DNA of 54,925 bases, counting the filler, from Sphacelaria rigidula (taxonomy: Eukaryota), in NCBI GenBank assembly GCA_964200075.2. It is 5 parts of 5 records of this genome, joined end to end, with 100 filler letters (N's around TTAATTAATTAA, not from the genome) between each part and the next. Parts side by side here need not be neighbours in the genome. Positions count along the whole stretch, not along the records: positions 11,007 to 21,912 come from CAXNAA020005706.1; positions 22,013 to 32,917 come from CAXNAA020005707.1; 3 more parts are not named here. One strand, written 5' to 3'. Both the position numbers and the translations under genes were made by a program. The stretch's first letter is position 1, and every line of letters begins with the position of its first letter. Under the pieces are notes generated by a model. The model made no database searches. It saw nothing but the letters and a program-made list of their open reading frames with translations, and was not told where the DNA came from. Below, in pieces: positions 11,163 to 24,456 of the stretch.

Positions 11163-12664
11163 TCCCATCAGTTGGATTTGCCACAATAACTACCCTACCC
11201 CTCTTTGGTCTTGTAGCAGACCTGGAAATTCGCTGGAAACGTGCATGATTGAACTGGGAAATATCCTCTGGCGATGAGGGAACCTGCCCCCCTCCACCCC
11301 CCCGCCGTCAAAAACATCAAAAACCCTCGGACTGTCAGCAGCTGTTGAAATTGTTCCGAAATTATGCCGGAAGTCAAAGGATTGTCAAGTTTTTTTCTCA
11401 CTGTTACCATCGCGTGAGCTCTTTTGTGGAGTTCAGCGGTCGAAATAAAAGGAGATCCCGAACACCGATGGATTGTGTTCTGCCTGTAGGCAAGGTGCAC
11501 TTGAATCTTCTGCATGGAAGGGAAAAAGAAGAGGAGCCCAATGATTACCAAAAGTTACATGATCTTATCTCAGGGTGATCTTCGTTCGTGCGGCGTGGCC
11601 CCTTCTCTCCGTTGGGGTCAATGCTCTTTGCGCGTGTAAAAGGCTTGGAGAGCCGATGCCGAAGATTAAAGGTTCATGAGGGCTCTATTCCCCCGATTCG
11701 TGCTTCACCATATTGTAATAAACCCATCCCTCGTCATTTTCCTTTAACTTTGTTTTATGTCGATTCTTATTCCACCCGATTCCGGCTTGGTCACACGGTG
11801 TGTATTCCGTTATGCTCCTCTTCACTTGAAATTCCGTCAAATGGACCTTGCCTCTTTCATGACAAAAGAGCTCTTGAATATAGAGTTTACCTCCAGTTCG
11901 ACGAAAATAAGCGTTGGGTAATTAGGTACTGGATTCCCATGTGGATCATCGCATTCGAATACCTATGAGGGTCGCAGTCCCAGTCGCTCGCTCAGCGTGA
12001 GCACAGCGCGCGCAGCGCGCGTTTTGGATCAACTCAGCGCCTTCCCCACGTTGGGTTAAGGTTCGCGTAATGGTTTGATGGAAGCAAAGTTTGTTTCAAG
12101 CCTCGTTTTTTTCCCCGAACGGCGGCAAGCCCGCCTCCTTCAAGACATCGAAAGAGAATACAAGACCATGCTGCACCACAAGAATGTAACGCCTGGCTCA
12201 TGCAGCGATTGCTAGCTTTCTTCTGGGTATTCATATCACCACCATCCTCTCGGCCGGTCGGTTGTACCTCAAGCGTTTTCGTTGGATACACTTGTGCTGT
12301 GTACTCTTGCCAGGCGTGTCGTGCTCAAAAGGTTTCGCGTGCATGAGTTCATGTTTATGTTGGTGTTGCGTAGATTCCCTGTGGTCTCTTAGAATATGCA
12401 AGTGTGGCAGGTATATGCGTGGTGTGCCCGTGTCTCATGTTATGGGTAATGAGGCCGTGCGTGTTCCAAGTATTGTGTCGTCATACCGGGGTACCCGATT
12501 TTGTCGACGGAAAATCCGCGGATGCAAACATATGTAAGAGAGGAAGGAAGAAACGAAGACAAGAAAAATAGTAGACCAATGGGCGAAGCAGAACGTGCGC
12601 GGACACACGGCTGTCTGTATATTTGTCAAAGCTATATTTGGCATGTGTGGAGTGACCACCGATC

Positions 12665-15273
12665 TGCGCGTGTAAACCGGAGATGACAGCGTGCAGGAGC
12701 AAGTTCACCAGTGACCAACTCGGAACAAGTTTACGCGCGCAGCGGTGCCATTACGAGAGTATAGAGTACGACCCAAAGCCGGTGACACCAGCCACACCCA
12801 CGGTGATTATGCCGAGCAAGAGCGAGTTCCCCGGAGGATAACCCGAGTGCAGCAGCAGGTAAAATGTTGTGGTGAGATGAATCGAGGCAATCAGTCAAGC
12901 AGACCGACCTCTGGAAACGCGGAAACTCAAAATAACTCTCACAAAAAATTCTACCCAACGTGCGAATGCACAACCTTCTGACCCCATACAACTCATGACG
13001 TGAGAGTGGGTGTAATGGACAGTCTCATCGTGCCCAACAAGTCACAAATTAAGATGGGGTGCAGCAGCAGACAGTCTCATCGCACTCAACAATTCATGAA
13101 TTGAGAGGCCCTTCAACGAACAGTCGGGAAGCATTCAACGAATTGAGGAAATCGAGAAAAGGGTGTAGCATACATACCCACGCGGGGTGAATAAGACGAG
13201 CACCGAAACAAAGGATGCCAATTCTCTCGTGAGCCGGATCAGAAACAAGCGCGACTTTTTTGTCGAGCCGTCTTGTAACTCCTTTTGTGAGGTTACCAAA
13301 AATGGGGCTCTGCAACAGAGAAAGTACGGACTAGAGATGAGCAGAAGGTCAACGGGAGCAACGCAGGTCGAAAATAAGTGCTGTATATATTTTGTAACAA
13401 GCCTTCGTACTTTGAGTTAGTTCCTCGGCAGCCTTCATGACACCGTCGTCTAGAAGCGACGAAGCCGAAACAGATCCGAATCTTCGTACATGATGCACAA
13501 CTCGTGGAGATTCAAATCATGTGTTGCACAGTTCCGCAAGGAATCGGTGACGTTACACCCCACGTTGACGTGTCACCTACTGATGGAGTAAACGACAGTG
13601 CTGTAGAGGCAGTAACTAGTGATTCCGCGTTGGACCAACTTATATTCAGCCCAAAGTTCATTCCTTCATGTCACCGTCTGGATATAGCCAGATATTATGC
13701 CGGTTTCACCTGGATCTTCATATCGCAGAAGTGCGGACAATTTACCCATTGAGGATGTTGGATTCATTCACCCTGGCCTGATGTCAGGAGACAAGACCCC
13801 ATCCGTCGAAGCGGTTTTTTGTGGAGCGTCCCCTTTTATGTAGGAAGCCACCTGACTCTACTCCAAGACACGTGTAAAGCGCTAAAAGCAGCAGGTCTTA
13901 CCCTGAAAGCGTTGATGACACGTTTTGGACCAGAATAGGTTGAGTTGTTGAGACTCACGCTATCAGCAGATGGCATCAAAACAGGAAACGGTCAACATTC
14001 AACAGTGACAATGAGTGCTTGGTATGATTAATCCTTTGACAAAAATTATTCCAGCTTGAACATGAGTTGCCATGCCTTCGATGGGTCTTACAAGGAAAGG
14101 GGCGACACCACTCTACGACACCCAAGGTTGTACTGTTGTACTAGCAACACAACATGGTGCCCCTGTTTGTCGGACCAACACTTGGTTTTTATGACGGATC
14201 ATGCCGCACTGAGATATGCATGCGATGCAGGACGCAAGCAATATATTGACTTGATGAGCAATTGCACGGCAGTCTTTTACGGCTTCACAGAGCAGCACAA
14301 AGTGGAAGATTAAACGTCATTCCGGACACTTTGTCGAGCCTTTTTAAGGGCCCGTTTTATCGACGCCAGAAAAGTGAGAACACGACGTGAGAGCAAGGGT
14401 TCTGGCGGTTTGGGATTTCCCTTTCATGGTCTTTCCGATTGGTTGCGAGTTGGTGCCACATTCTCGTCGCGCCCGAAATATTTTTTACCAAAATTAATCA
14501 TTTGAGAAACCATTTTTCACATGGCGTGAGAATGCGAAGAGGAACGTCACATGGTTGTGGGCATGGGCTGTTCGCTCGGGCGCCTGTTGTATGAACACAG
14601 CTGTCCAAACAGGGGTGCGCCGTCAGGACTGTGCGGAGGGCTGGTCTGTGTAAAGCGTGGAACGGAATGGTCCGTTCGCATCTGCCCACGTGGTCATTAT
14701 CACGATATTTTGCCTCTCGATCGGAACGGCGAGTGATATCTCGTGATGAAGTTGTGAACCGTCATTTCACCATCACTCCTACGGCATCACTTCACTCTCC
14801 TTGTTTCGTTGAAACACGACCTAAGTTCGAGCAGCAACAGGAAGACGAAGTCAAACCCATAATCCCTGCAATGTCATCACGTCCCAGGGGATTCCGTATT
14901 GTACATGGCAATACCACGCCAGCCGTTTCAGGTTTCCGCAGAAGAAACTCGACAGCCTGGAACCCGTGCAAGGTGACAGAGAACGGTTAACCGTCAAGTC
15001 AACCTATGCAAGTGCTTCATATTCATGTCTCCCAGCAGAAATTGCAAACGGAGCTGATGAATAGTGTGGCTCACACATTTCGTATTAAACGAACGAGGGT
15101 GTATCAATACCGGAATAAGAGGCATTTTGTCCTACTGTTCGTATAGTCCAAGACAATATTTTGTTGAAGTCGTACTTGCCAGGACACCTCCGAAAAAGAG
15201 GCACCTATCGCGCTAAACTAGTGCTACCAGGCTCTCTAGTACGATTGCGCGTGTAAACCGGAGATGACAGCGT
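12665..15273 (+). mobile_element. Highly decayed Ty3/Gypsy element C
   Basis: LKAAGLTLK...LSADGI (RT), TDHAALRY and NVIPDTLSSLF (RNase H), LLKSYLPGHLRKR. Bracketed by an exact 28-bp direct repeat (12665-12692, 15246-15273). Confidence 0.75.
14348..14821. mobile_element. PIF/Harbinger (Tourist-like) MITE
   Basis: TAA TSD; degenerate TIR GGGCCCGTTTT / GGTCGTGTTTC; removal restores pol reading LSSLFKFEQQQE. Confidence 0.75.
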
Positions 15274-15995
15274 ACATGTGACCACAGCTGGATCCCCTGG
15301 AGACAAGTTGAAGTACGACGATCAATGAAATGAATCAATTAATCATAAGCAGGTCTACGAGTGACGTGTCTCCATCATGCGTTGGTGGATCTTCAGGTCC
15401 CTAGGGAACAGTTCTCGGTGATGTCAAGCGTTTAACGTTATAGAACCACTACCGAGCCCTGGGGAGTCACCACTGCTCTCTACTCTGTACAGCCCGACTC
15501 CACTGCTTGCCACCCAGGCTCACGGCGAATCCTTGCTGGAAATATGAAGAGGGAAGATACGCGTCGCTTTCAAGATCCTTCGAGAACATTCTAGTGGAGT
15601 GGCCATGACATATTTTATTTCATACCTAGTAGATTTCCCTTGCAGCACTCTTCCAGAAACTCTGCTGGCGATCGTATACCCATCATTCAGTTGAGTTGAG
15701 TAGAGTAGCCGCGCCTATTCAACGCATGAAATCTCTGTGGTGGGTACACCGTTCGTGTAGGCATTATCAGGGTTTTTTGTGGGGGCAGTCCCTGAAACAT
15801 GTATCTGTTCATTATCTATATATGAAGTACGTCGTTTTTTTGCACACCCATACGTTGTATAGGCGCATCTACTGAAGGAATATGCAGCATATAGTGTTGC
15901 GCTCGCTCCTTGGCAAATAGTCCTTCATATGCACTCTCTGCGTTTTTCAAAACTCCCCCTCCCCGCCCTCCCCCCAACTCCTTTTCCCTTGGCAG

Positions 15996-16207
15996 GAAGC
16001 TAGGCGAGCAGCCGAGATTGAAGCGCGAGGGATCAGAGCAGAAGAACTTCGTCTTCGAGATCTGGTCGTTTCCCTGGACGGTAGGGCAGAGGAGCTGCGG
16101 AGGCGTGAACGGGAGGGGGCTAGGGGGCGCGAGGAGTTTCTCGAGGCCGCTCGGCACGAGGCAAGACAAGCGGTGGAGGTCCAGGAGGAGAACGTGGCGA
16201 GAGAAAG
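15996..16207 (+). CDS. Coiled-coil protein, internal exon a
   Basis: Pyrimidine tract + CAG acceptor, GTAATG donor. EARRAAEIEARGIRAEELRLRD...QEENVARE; ends in phase 2. Confidence 0.8.
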
Positions 16208-17790
16208 GTAATGTATTGGTACCTTGATGGATTGATTTCGCACGTTATAATAGCTGATATGCCACGAATTCAGCCCTGCTCACAAGATAGACATCCATAC
16301 CCATGAATAGAACGATTGATTGGTGGATGGGCGTTTTATTCATGAGGATACCAGTAGAGCGGGGAGCCAAAGACTTTTTCGTAGGGGACATCTTCGTGCC
16401 CCCAGGGTAAGAGCACGGTGATATGTATACAGAGTAAGTTTGTAGAGATGGCAGCAGATGTACACGAGTATACACGGCAAGGAGAAGTAGTGTCGGTGAG
16501 AGATTTCAGTGGAAGGTTTTGAGAAGCAAGCGAACGGAATGGTAACACGGGGACATGGATGAGAGGAGTAATGAGGCAGAGAGGTTGAAGTTCCTTGAAA
16601 ACAAGGAGGTGAAGACGTCGAACAATGGCGTAAAAAAGCCAGACCCGTAATGGATGGGACATCCAAACAACAAGGGGAGAAAACTGCATTCTTGGCTACA
16701 GTGGTGAAAAATGGGGGTAATGAAGGAACAGAAGTGCATGCATGCGCAGCGGACGTGGGAAATACGGATCATTGCCATGTACGGACAGATAGCCAACAGA
16801 CGAGAGTTATTAAAACTAGGCGGGAGTGGGAAGCTGTACGATTGGGGAATGGATAGACTAGAAACAACGGAGAAATAGCGAGAGTTCCAAGAAGACATGC
16901 TCGAAAGTGCGGTGAATGCTTCCGAGCTATTGGAAAGCGTAAGTAGCGTGGGGGCGAGGTTCATAGAAGGATGGGAGCAATTGGTCAAGACCACAAAGTA
17001 AAGTTGTAGGGACATTGATAGTATGCAACAGACAAGCAAAATGGTGGAAGGAGTAAGTAGAAGAGGGTATAAGAGGAAGAAGTGAGACCCGCGCAAGACA
17101 TACATCGAGTAAAGATATGGTAGGATGAGAGGAGTATGGTAAGGCTAGAAACAAGGTGAAAATGTCGTGGAGGATGATGAGGGGGGAATATGGGAAAATG
17201 TAAATAATGAAACAAGTTGATACTTCGATGGGATGAATCAAAAAAGGGTCTAGATGAAAAGGGGATAATGGGTAAACAGGCAGAAGAGGTAAACGAAGGA
17301 GTAGTCACAAGTAAAGCATAAAACGGTTCAATGGTTAGTAGTTCGAAGGAGAAGATAGGATCAGTAGCAGAGCACTACCGAAAACTAGGGACGCCAACAA
17401 CTGAGGAGGGGTTCGACACGGACTTCGTCAAAGAAACCAGCGCGCGGGTAGAGGCAAACGTAGAGGCTTCAAAACGGGAAGATCATCGTTTTAGAGAACT
17501 GCAGAAATGGTTCTCAGGAGGAGACGTGAAGGAACGTGTAGCTACGCGTGAGAGTAGGAACACTCCAGGGGCACACGAAATAGTAAATTAACTTATGAAG
17601 CACGGGAGAGATGAAATCATGACCATGGTGATTATGTTGTAAAAATTGGAACTGGAAAAACGAGTACTCACCCAATGAGTGGAGAGAAGGAGTGGTGATG
17701 AACCTTTTCAAGGAAAGAGACAACGCTGACCCTGAACGTTGTCAGGAGGATAACGCCATTGAGCTGTGGGGGAGACATTCTGTAAGATTT

Positions 17791-17927
17791 CACACCCTGG
17801 ACAAAAGATTACATTGCCAAAAAATGTACCGCGTACAGTATGGGATATATTGTCTATTGCAATAGACAATAGATCCGATACTGTCACAGTACATTTTTTG
17901 ACGATGTAGTCTATTGACCAGGGTGTG
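17791..17927. mobile_element. 137-bp fully palindromic MITE with 8-bp TSD (hAT/P-type)
   Basis: TIR CACACCCTGG...CCAGGGTGTG; TSD TAAGATTT at 17783-17790 and 17928-17935; centre CTATTG|CAATAG. Confidence 0.9.
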
Positions 17928-18036
17928 TAAGATTTTGAACGATAGAATGGAAATGATGCATGACAAGGAAGAAAAGGTCAGCAAGGAGTAAGCGATGTTC
18001 AGGTCAAACTGTTGCTGTGTAGACCATGTGTACACA

Positions 18037-18079
18037 TTTGATTGATTGATCGATTGATTGTCGCACTTTAACGGACCCC
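18037..18079 (-). mobile_element. 43-bp extreme 3' end of (ATCA)n-tailed LINE
   Basis: TSD ACACA (18032-18036, 18080-18084); matches the 3' ends at 23540-23577 and 49132-49175. Confidence 0.8.
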
Positions 18080-21000
18080 ACACACTAGCTGAGATTATCC
18101 AACGTAGGAAGGACGAGGGGCTAACAACGTACTCTTTCTTCCTGAACGTACAGAAGTCGTGTGGAGAAATGGTATGGAGAAATGGGCTGTGGGAATAGAT
18201 GTGGGAAACTGGCATAAGAGGAAATATGTGAAGAAAGGTGAACAGATGGCAAAATGTGCCACAAGTGCCATGATGCTAGATGGAGAAAATATCGAAATAT
18301 GTTGATATTATACAAGGAGTTGCACAAGGATGTACGTCACCGCCCAATTAGTGACATGTTCGTAGCAGTTAAAGTAGCAAAGCAAGGAGTCAAGGTCGGG
18401 AAGATACGGTGTCGGGATTGATTTTCGCGCATGATTTCGTGGGGATATGAGAAACACCAGAAGATTTGCAGGAGCAGCAATAGTAGAGAAGTCACTGGAA
18501 CACACTAGGAGATGGAGAGTGACGGCTACCCTTTAAAATGCGCGGGAGTTGTATGTGACGAAGATAAGGAGAAGCCAGTAATTCTAATGCAAGTGAAGTG
18601 AAGATGAATCACCGACCGTAGACCACTGTACATACCGTGGCGTGGAGATGGGGAGAAAACTGGTGCACACAGATGTTGTAATAGGGGACGTTGAAGGACG
18701 GCATAGATGTAAGAGAACCGGTCCTAGGATGCACACAGTGTCATTGGGGAGCTTCAAGCATAAATAATCACGATGGGTGTGATACTAGGATTGCATTTTG
18801 ATGAATGCTATTTTATCAAAGCTAGAGAATGCAGGAAACATATGGGAGAAAAACGCGAAGTTCGTAAAATAGCTGGGAGCAGGATAGATGGCAGCAGGTA
18901 AGAAAATACTGGATGCTCAAAAAACGACGAGTAATACAGTACTGGGAGCAGAACTGGGAATACCCACGTGCAACAAATAGATACATGAGAAAGTGGAAAT
19001 TACAGTGTAAGGTCAGGCACGTGCCGACGAAGAGATTGCCAGCTATTGTCGATGGGGCTGTAAGGAAAAAGTAACGAAGGGGTAGGCTGGAAAAAAGTGG
19101 TATAGCGTAGTTGAGACAATCATAGAAGGGTGTACCGTGGGGGGAAACGAAGAAAAGAGAGGGGTATCCATTAGTGAGAGTGGGGGGTGCACGGCAAGAG
19201 TAAAGTAAAGGATAGAAGTGAGGGAAAAGCTAGTGCTGAGGCGGAAAATAAACCAGGAAGAAATCTTCAAGACACACGGGGGGTTGAGAGGAGAAATAGG
19301 GATGGAAACATATCTGCACGGTCCAATGTACTCTGCAAAGACGCTGAAAGTGCAATTCCGGGTCGGGATCCTGAACTCGCCACAAACAGGGAAATAATAA
19401 GTGAATTGAAAGGTCCTCATGTGTACGGAGGAAACATCATGAGCGCCCGAATGTTTGAAATGCCTCTATCAAGAGTGGGAGCGGTGCGCCGTCTCGAAAG
19501 GGAGGCGTGGTCACTAGTCAAATGATTGAAGGTTGTAGCAACTGAGTATGCCCTCCCCACCCCCCTCCGTTCTCGTGTTGAAGCCGACTGTACTCTTGTT
19601 TTTGTCTATCATGTTCCCAAAAATCGAGAGTTGTTGATCCCTGAGCACATGAAGCATTACTCACACATGAAGACATGACGTTGAAGTTTCACATTCGGGG
19701 TAGTTACCTCTGTGCTCATAGTGTTCACCCTCACCACTCAAGCAGAGAAAACATGTGCTGACTTCATCCCCGTGTTGGAAGGTCTTGATTCGTCCGGGCG
19801 CGCGTGGGCTATGTTGTCTTCCCGCGAGTCGGGGCGAGCGCTGTTTTGGTTGGTCTCGGGCGATTCGGTAATAAAAAAATATATGGGGATCGTGGGGTGG
19901 ACGAATAGTACACATGAACACACGCTTTCGCCTGTGTGTTTGGCAAAGTGTGTAGAGCGAACAGCACGATCAATCCACACCTCCCTTGACAGAGTTCAAG
20001 AGGTAGGTCACGAGGGTGTTGGAAATGGACCAAGGCCCATCTCAAACACCGCCTCTCGGGAAGTGGGTCATACGAAGTCACGTTAGGACTTGAGTGTGCG
20101 GAAAGCTGATGATGTACAAAGTATGTTCATGCGAAGGCTCATCTTCCATGTTGTTTTCGAGGCGGGAAGGCGAAGTGCATACAGGTACTCAAGTTCGATG
20201 GGTTGCTCAGTTGTCAGTGGCATGTACACATGCAGAAGGAGGGAAAACTGAAGGAAGGTAAAACAAGGAAATTATATTGTATGCGCTGCAGTGGCCCCGA
20301 GCACGACAAAGATATGACTTTTGTCCTTGTGTGTCAGTCATACGCTGAGCACGTTCTTGACTTTCCTCTAGTTCCATGCTTTTCCGGTTACGGTCCCCTA
20401 CCCGCAGTGCCCCGGCGGCCTTTGATGGTATAACTGATGACCTTAGCGCAGAAAGAATGCGGGTTCAATTCCCACCAGATGCGTGTGTCTTATTCCTCAC
20501 GAGTATCTGATTTTCGCCGTTGGAGGCGTGGGTATGTGAGTAACAAAATCATTTATTTGACGAGAGACGACGCGATGCGGGAGCAGTGCTGCTTCGATCT
20601 GCACGACCAAAATTCATGACGTGTCTCGGGGAGAGATGGGTTGATACTTGATGTCTTGAGACCACAGATTCGTCAAAGAGGAAGGGGAGGAGTTGAGAGT
20701 GGGACGGAAAAAAAAAAATGAATCAACGTCGACGAGAATCCGTTTGCGATGATGGTTGTCTGATCCTCATGACAGGTGTACTCACCCTGCTCAGGGCTAT
20801 TTCATAGTGCCAACTTGTGTGCGTGCTCGACACGACATCCACGAAAGAAGTGAAGCACAGGCACTGCACCCGCGGCGGTATGGACTGTCAGTCTTGCGTG
20901 GGATGGTGGTGCTGTTACTCACCAGTCCGAGATGAGGAAAAAAACATGTCGTTTTGTCCGGGGGACACAGGCAGGGTCGTACAGGAGCGTAGCTTTTAGT

Positions 21001-21225
21001 TCATGCACCAGGCAGGGATCACATGGTCTTCACCTCGTACGAGGTCGGGAAGCTGCAGTAGGCATACAGCGTGGGTACGAGCCGCGGATGATTAGTCGCA
21101 TTTGCGCAGTAAAGAATCGAGTTGCAAAAAAGCTTCACAACCCCCGTCCCTCCCTCGCTCTGTTCCCCCGTCTTCGCCTTGGTGAATAATCGTCTTTGCC
21201 TGTTACTCCTTGACTTTTGGCGCAG

Positions 21226-21322
21226 GGAATTCCTACGGCAGGAGATGGAGGCCGTGCGCGCTGAACGACAAAGTTGCAAGGAACAGCTCAGGCAGCACAC
21301 CGAGACGGCTCGTGCCTTGCAG
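21226..21322 (+). CDS. Coiled-coil protein, internal exon b
   Basis: GCAG acceptor; phase-compatible with exon a; EFLRQEMEAVRAERQSCKEQLRQHTETARALQ; weak GTGGCC donor. Confidence 0.75.
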
Positions 21323-21615
21323 GTGGCCAAAAGTAGCAGAGTTGTGCGCTTGTTTTTGTAAATTGGTTTGCGCGCGCCCCAACAGAAGGAGAGGGATTTC
21401 AGATTTGTGAGGTGGCCACTCTGATGTGTCGGACAAGTTTTTTTTTTAATTTACTGACTGACCGGTTAATTGATTAATTGATTAATTGATTGATTGATTG
21501 ATTGATTGTCGCAACTCAAGTGGGAGACGTCGGTGTGAGAATGCTTGATAGTACCCTGAGGTTCAGGACCGTAAGCGAACTCTCATTATGTGCTACGATG
21601 CTGACCATAATACAG

Positions 21616-21728
21616 GAGGCTCGTAGCGAGGTATTGACTCAGGACGCGAGGGCAAGGATTGCGGAGGCCGAGGCGGAGAGGCTTGAAGAGGAGGCCGCCG
21701 TGTATAAGGAGGCTTACGAGACACGCAG
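21616..21728 (+). CDS. Coiled-coil protein, internal exon c
   Basis: CTGAC branch-like site, ACAG acceptor, GTAATT donor; phase 0 matches exon b; EARSEVLTQDARARIAEAEAERLEEEAAVYKEAYETR. Confidence 0.8.
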
Positions 21729-21805
21729 GTAATTATTAGTGATTCTCGTCGTGATTCTTTGACTTTAACGCAGTTAAAGATTTTCGCTCCAGGATTAGGG
21801 TTGAG

Positions 21806-21878
21806 CTACTACTACTGCTGCTACGACTACGACTACGACTACGACTACGACTACGACTACGACTACTACTACTACTAT

Positions 21879-21912
<34 letters not shown>
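21806..21912. repeat. Compound microsatellite (CTA)n/(CGACTA)n at contig end
   Basis: Seen directly. Confidence 0.95.
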
Positions 21913-22959
21913 NNNNNNNNNNNNNNNNNNNNNNNNNNNNNNNNNNNNNNNNNNNNTTAATTAATTAANNNNNNNNNNNNNNNNNNNNNNNNNNNNNNNN
22001 NNNNNNNNNNNNGGCCCAACTCGTCTGTGTCGATGAGATATTGCTTTTGGAGCTTAATCCGTTTTTAGGCTGGCCCAGCTCGTAGAGAGGCTACCGTAGT
22101 TGAACATGTGGTGGGAATAAACGATGATACTAGTAGTACTTGTGAAAAATGACGTCACGATTCCACTCCCTGGACAATGGATGGCGTCTGTTGCAATAGC
22201 GATGGAATCAGCGGCGGTAGATGCCAATATTTTTCATCGGTGATGGCTATCGATCGACAAGCTTCTCCTTCTTTTGTCGTCGGCAATGCCTATCGATAGA
22301 CTCCTTTCCCATACTAAAGCCCGACCTGCAGTCTATTGTGGCACGATACCGAAACTGTTGCCGCCGACCGAATGTAGCGATCGATAAGTTTCCGAATCTA
22401 CTGATGACGGCAATGGCTTGTGATAGACTGCGTGCCAAATCTTTTGATAATGGCGATGGCTATGATAGATTGTGTACCAGATCTACTGTTGGCACTGGCT
22501 GTCGATGGATAAATACCAGAATCTATGATGGTATACAATGCCTACCGGTTGGTATTCTTTGTCGTCTATTGCCACATCAACGATGCAACATACTTTGTAC
22601 AGAGCATATTATACTTTGTTGATGTACGGCACAGAGGTCGCAGGCGGACATGCGGTGGGTATATGATGATGTTACTTGCGGATATTGACGACACGATTCT
22701 GCAAATTTGGAAAGGTTATGTTTGTAGGAATCCGCAATATGCGTGGGCGAAAGTTATCGAGCTTTGTTGTTGGTGTGGTGTTGGTACTCGGACTTCCCCC
22801 TCTGAGGCATAAGAGCGCTTCGAGTACGTTTGAATGTGTGTGGGTGAGATTTGCTTACCCCCTGGACAATGAAACATGTAATAGAACATTGTCGTTACAA
22901 TAGCCCCGAAAATGTGACTGTCAATGTTCATCGTCATTCATAATCGACTGGCAGCAATG

Positions 22960-23577
22960 GGAGGATACCCTAAAGGAGAACCTACGTGCGCAGGGGCCGT
23001 GCCGCACAAAGGGGCCCGACGGAAGTGGTCCGTCTACGGTGTAGACGTTAACGAAGCATACGATTGGGTCACTGCGGCGAAGAACATGGGGAAATGGCAT
23101 ATTGGAGTCGAAAAAGGAGCGGAAGAGTTTGAGAACACGTGGCGACGCGCAGACAAACGAAAATCAGACCGCCGTCACAAGCGAGAGGCTGCTGCATCGA
23201 GGGCCGCAAATCGAAGAATCCTGTCTGCTCATATCGGTTGTCGATTATGTCCTTAGCCGGTGGCTCTGCGGTGCCCACTGGTGTGTGTCTGCATCTACTC
23301 TGCCGCCTTGAATCCCCTGGGCTCCTTCCTTTTTAAATCTTCGTATTCCTTTTTTAGGTTGACCATCTGGTTCTGTGCTTTGCTTTTGTTGATTTTTGTT
23401 TTTGTTCTCTTTGTCTTCTTTTTTTTGTTCACGTCTTACTACAATGTCGTTCTCTTCGACGTTTTTCTGTTCCTTCTTTTCTTGAGTGAGCGCTTCCGTT
23501 TTGCTCTTCTTGGTACGTCTATCATGCGACCACGGCTGGACCCATGGGTGGTCAGTTAGAGTGCGACAATCAAATCA
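22960..23577 (+). mobile_element. 3' fragment of an RTE-like LINE with (ATCA)n tail
   Basis: C-terminus WVTAAKNMGKWHIGVEKGAEEF, T-rich 3' UTR, end gtgcgacaatcaaatc. Related ends at 18037, ~21470-21525, ~32240-32365, ~49132-49350 and ~52970. Confidence 0.75.
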
Positions 23578-24175
23578 TCGAAAATAATCACTGCCTATCG
23601 ATAGCTATTGCAGGCGACAACAGATTCGGAACAAGGAGCATAATGTATTATCGCCGTGACAATGGAGTGGCCGAGTCGCCTATCGATATATTATTTGTTG
23701 CAATAGGCTCTGGATTGAGTCCATCAATGTCTATTGCTAATCACAGTAAAGCATTTGCATATTGCTCGTCAAAGGACGATCTGAATCGCGGCCATCAATG
23801 CCTACTGCTGGTCACAATATCATCTGAATCTCGGCCACTAATATCTATTGCTGGCCACAAGAGGAGGTGAATGGCGTCGATCAACAGTTATTGCCACAAA
23901 TTGTCCGCTGGAGTTTACATCTTCCCCGAAAGCTATTGCCAGCTATTACCTCAGGTAGTTGCATGTGTACACTGTATGTTAGGATTATTGCTGTTGATGC
24001 ATCAAGACCATTGCAGTGAGCAACATACACACATATATATATATATATATATGTCGATTCCGACCCTCTGTTAGCGGCATTGACCGTCGATAGATGATAC
24101 TACTCCATTGTTGACAACACTGTCTCTTGATAGATAACCCCAACCATATTGTTGAGGGTAGCCTTGACAGTTGAC

Positions 24176-24456
24176 AAATCTATCGATGACGGCAATGAAA
24201 ATCGACGGATGGCTTACCAAATCCATTGATGACGGCAATGGCCATCGATAGATGGCTACCTAAACTACTGATGACGGCAATATCTATTGATATATGGCCT
24301 ACCACATCTATTGACGACGGGAATGACTATCGACAGATGGTTTACCAAATCCATTGATGACGGCAGTGGCTGTCGATAGACGGCTTACCAAACCTATTGA
24401 TGGCGGCAATGTCTATCGATATATAGCTAACCAAAACGATTGATGACGGCAATGAC
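24176..24456. repeat. 43-bp tandem minisatellite (~6.5 units); related units at ~22395-22540
   Basis: GATGACGGCAATG-like core recurs at 24185, 24228, 24270, 24313, 24356, 24399 and 24442. Confidence 0.9.

Larger units (their letters stand above)
16270..19566 (+). mobile_element. Long decayed copy of the oligo(C)-ended LINE (endonuclease and RT remnants), intronic
   Basis: Remnants WREGVVMNLFK, FFLNVQK..VWRNGLW, QGVAQGC and a decayed FADD. 3' end matches the family terminus with a C-rich end. Confidence 0.8.

Noticed and set aside
24176..24456. CRISPR-like regular, partly palindromic repeats
   Set aside because: The whole 43-bp unit is repeated with no unique spacers, no cas genes, and a eukaryotic context.
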